Below, piece after piece: positions 63,739 to 64,000 of a DNA stretch of 64,000 nucleotides. Below the pieces are notes generated by a model. The model had not been told where the DNA came from. It ran no database searches and saw only the letters and a list, made by a program, of their open reading frames with translations. Source of the DNA: an uncultured Pelagibacteraceae bacterium (GTDB lineage: Bacteria; Pseudomonadota; Alphaproteobacteria; Pelagibacterales; Pelagibacteraceae). Where the stretch lies: assembly GCA_902624635.1 (NCBI GenBank), contig CACNYD010000001.1, positions 52,766 through 116,765 of the forward strand, in the 5' to 3' direction. Every line of letters begins with the position of its first letter. The first letter of the stretch is position 1. Made by a program: the position numbers and the translations under genes.

Positions 63739-64000
63739 ATGACAAAAATAAGTGGAATTTTTGCTGCTTCAATGTCAGTGCTTAATAATGATTTAAGCCT
63801 GAATGTTGAAAAAACAATAATGCATGCTGAGAAGCTTATTGATAAAGGTTGTCATGGCACGGTAATATTTGGCAGCACAGGCCAGTCTCAATTAATACCT
63901 ATCTCAGAAAAAATTGACTTACTTAATAATCTCTCAAAAAGTAAATATCAGGATAAACATATAATTGGCACAGGGCTAAACTCTTTAGGTGAAACAATAA
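63739..64000 (+). CDS. DapA-family (dihydrodipicolinate synthase-like) aldolase, 5' part
   Basis: Manual translation MTKISGIFAASMSVLNNDLSLN...LIDKGCHGTVIFGSTGQSQLIPISEK...IIGTG; runs off the window. Confidence 0.82.
   Translation, partial: MTKISGIFAASMSVLNNDLSLNVEKTIMHAEKLIDKGCHGTVIFGSTGQSQLIPISEKIDLLNNLSKSKYQDKHIIGTGLNSLGETI

Overview
This is a very AT-rich, extremely gene-dense alphaproteobacterial core-genome segment. Gene content, synteny and tiny intergenic gaps point to SAR11/Pelagibacterales (inference). In order: the 3' end of sdhB, then mmsA-mdh-sucCD-sucAB-lpdA-priA and atpHAGDC; a long minus-strand run (metX-metW-gloB-rplU-rpmA-obg-proB-proA-nadD-rsfS-ctpA-rppH) headed by a SAM-II riboswitch; tyrA; trkH-ampG-NlpC/P60; class I lysS-pyrD-rpmB-yhhQ; a polyamine operon (fold-III decarboxylase, DHS-like synthase, ureohydrolase); regA, bioY and polA-chvI-chvG-ahcY-tsaE-amgK-murU; gpmA; an msrA-sseA-adaptor-RND efflux operon; DMT-alkA; GT17; a purine salvage pair; ibpA with a sigma32 promoter and ROSE-like thermometer; ptrB; a Pam18/TimB-like J protein; GT9; and the start of a DapA-family gene. 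I saw no rRNA, tRNA, CRISPR array, prophage or IS element. The best candidates for something under-described are: (1) an RND periplasmic adaptor that has lost its whole TolC-docking alpha-hairpin and is co-transcribed with sulfur-redox genes; (2) an apparent hisC deletion scar in front of tyrA; (3) the polyamine operon with an attenuator-like, homopolymer-rich leader; (4) a SAM-II aptamer followed by a U-tract instead of overlapping the RBS. All calls come from motif recognition by eye; no database search was run.
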